Assembly (NCBI GenBank): GCA_016180575.1
Contig: JACPAY010000003.1
Coordinates: 106,154-170,153, forward strand
Origin: Candidatus Omnitrophota bacterium
Lineage (GTDB): Bacteria; Omnitrophota; Gorgyraeia; Aquiviventales; Aquiviventaceae
Reading direction: 5' to 3'
Length of the DNA: 64,000 bases
Part shown: positions 63,947 to 64,000 of the stretch, one piece after another
Numbering within the stretch: the first letter of the stretch is position 1
Layout of the letters: every line of letters begins with the position of its first letter
Position numbers and translations under genes: made by a program
Notes under the pieces: generated by a model
Database searches by the model: none
Told to the model about the DNA's origin: nothing
The model's input: the letters and a program-made list of their open reading frames with translations, nothing else

Positions 63947-64000
63947 GTCGTGCGGACGCAGCGGCTGGACCCCTGGCGCCAGGGGGACGCTGCGGATGGC

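Noticed and set aside
1-64000. rRNA, tRNA, transposase/integrase genes, IS inverted repeats
   Set aside because: The window is essentially saturated by the two giant ORFs and the small + strand cassette. No cloverleaf-like or rRNA-like non-coding stretch and no DDE/tyrosine-recombinase motifs were recognised in any translated region examined.

Overview
Very GC-rich window, almost completely filled by two co-directional giant ORFs on the minus strand. ORF1 (12806..63946, 17,046 aa) is still open at the right window edge, so its true N-terminus may lie outside. It is a mosaic megaprotein. From the N-terminus it has a membrane anchor, Pro-rich and long Ala/Glu/Arg-rich helical regions, a beta-rich barrel-like segment, TolC/OEP-like units and a polytopic membrane block with GT2-type synthase motifs. 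These are followed by a string of cytoplasmic-type carbohydrate enzymes: two sugar-1-P nucleotidylyltransferase-like modules, a GT5 glycogen-synthase-like module, a GT35 alpha-glucan-phosphorylase-like module, a HIT module, two CBM-like beta-sandwiches, a SAM methyltransferase, cupins, an LmbE/PIG-L deacetylase and an aldose 1-epimerase. Interspersed among them are a triplicated ~190-aa HExxH module, HEAT repeats, a CCA/poly(A)-polymerase-type NTase and at least eight separate TM clusters. ORF2 is missing from the supplied ORF track because it runs off the left edge. Its minus-strand frame has no stop from 13272 to 1, the probable ATG is at 12762 (43 nt after the ORF1 stop), and at least 4,254 codons lie in the window. 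It carries TM blocks, four exact-period HTH repeats, a NagB-like module, TPRs, another HExxH module, a PlsC-like acyltransferase and methyltransferase-like modules. Inside ORF2, a ~3 kb lower-GC island (8704..11755) is divided into three cassettes by four copies of a 16-nt direct repeat that is always read in frame as AAPPA. The third cassette carries, on the opposite (+) strand, a two-gene unit with its own promoter and RBS (DUF5678-like plus retropepsin-like aspartic protease), yet the ORF2 frame stays open through it. No rRNA, tRNA, CRISPR array, transposase or integrase was recognised. All domain calls are motif-level recognitions by eye, not database hits. Sub-feature coordinates are approximate (about +/-30-60 nt).
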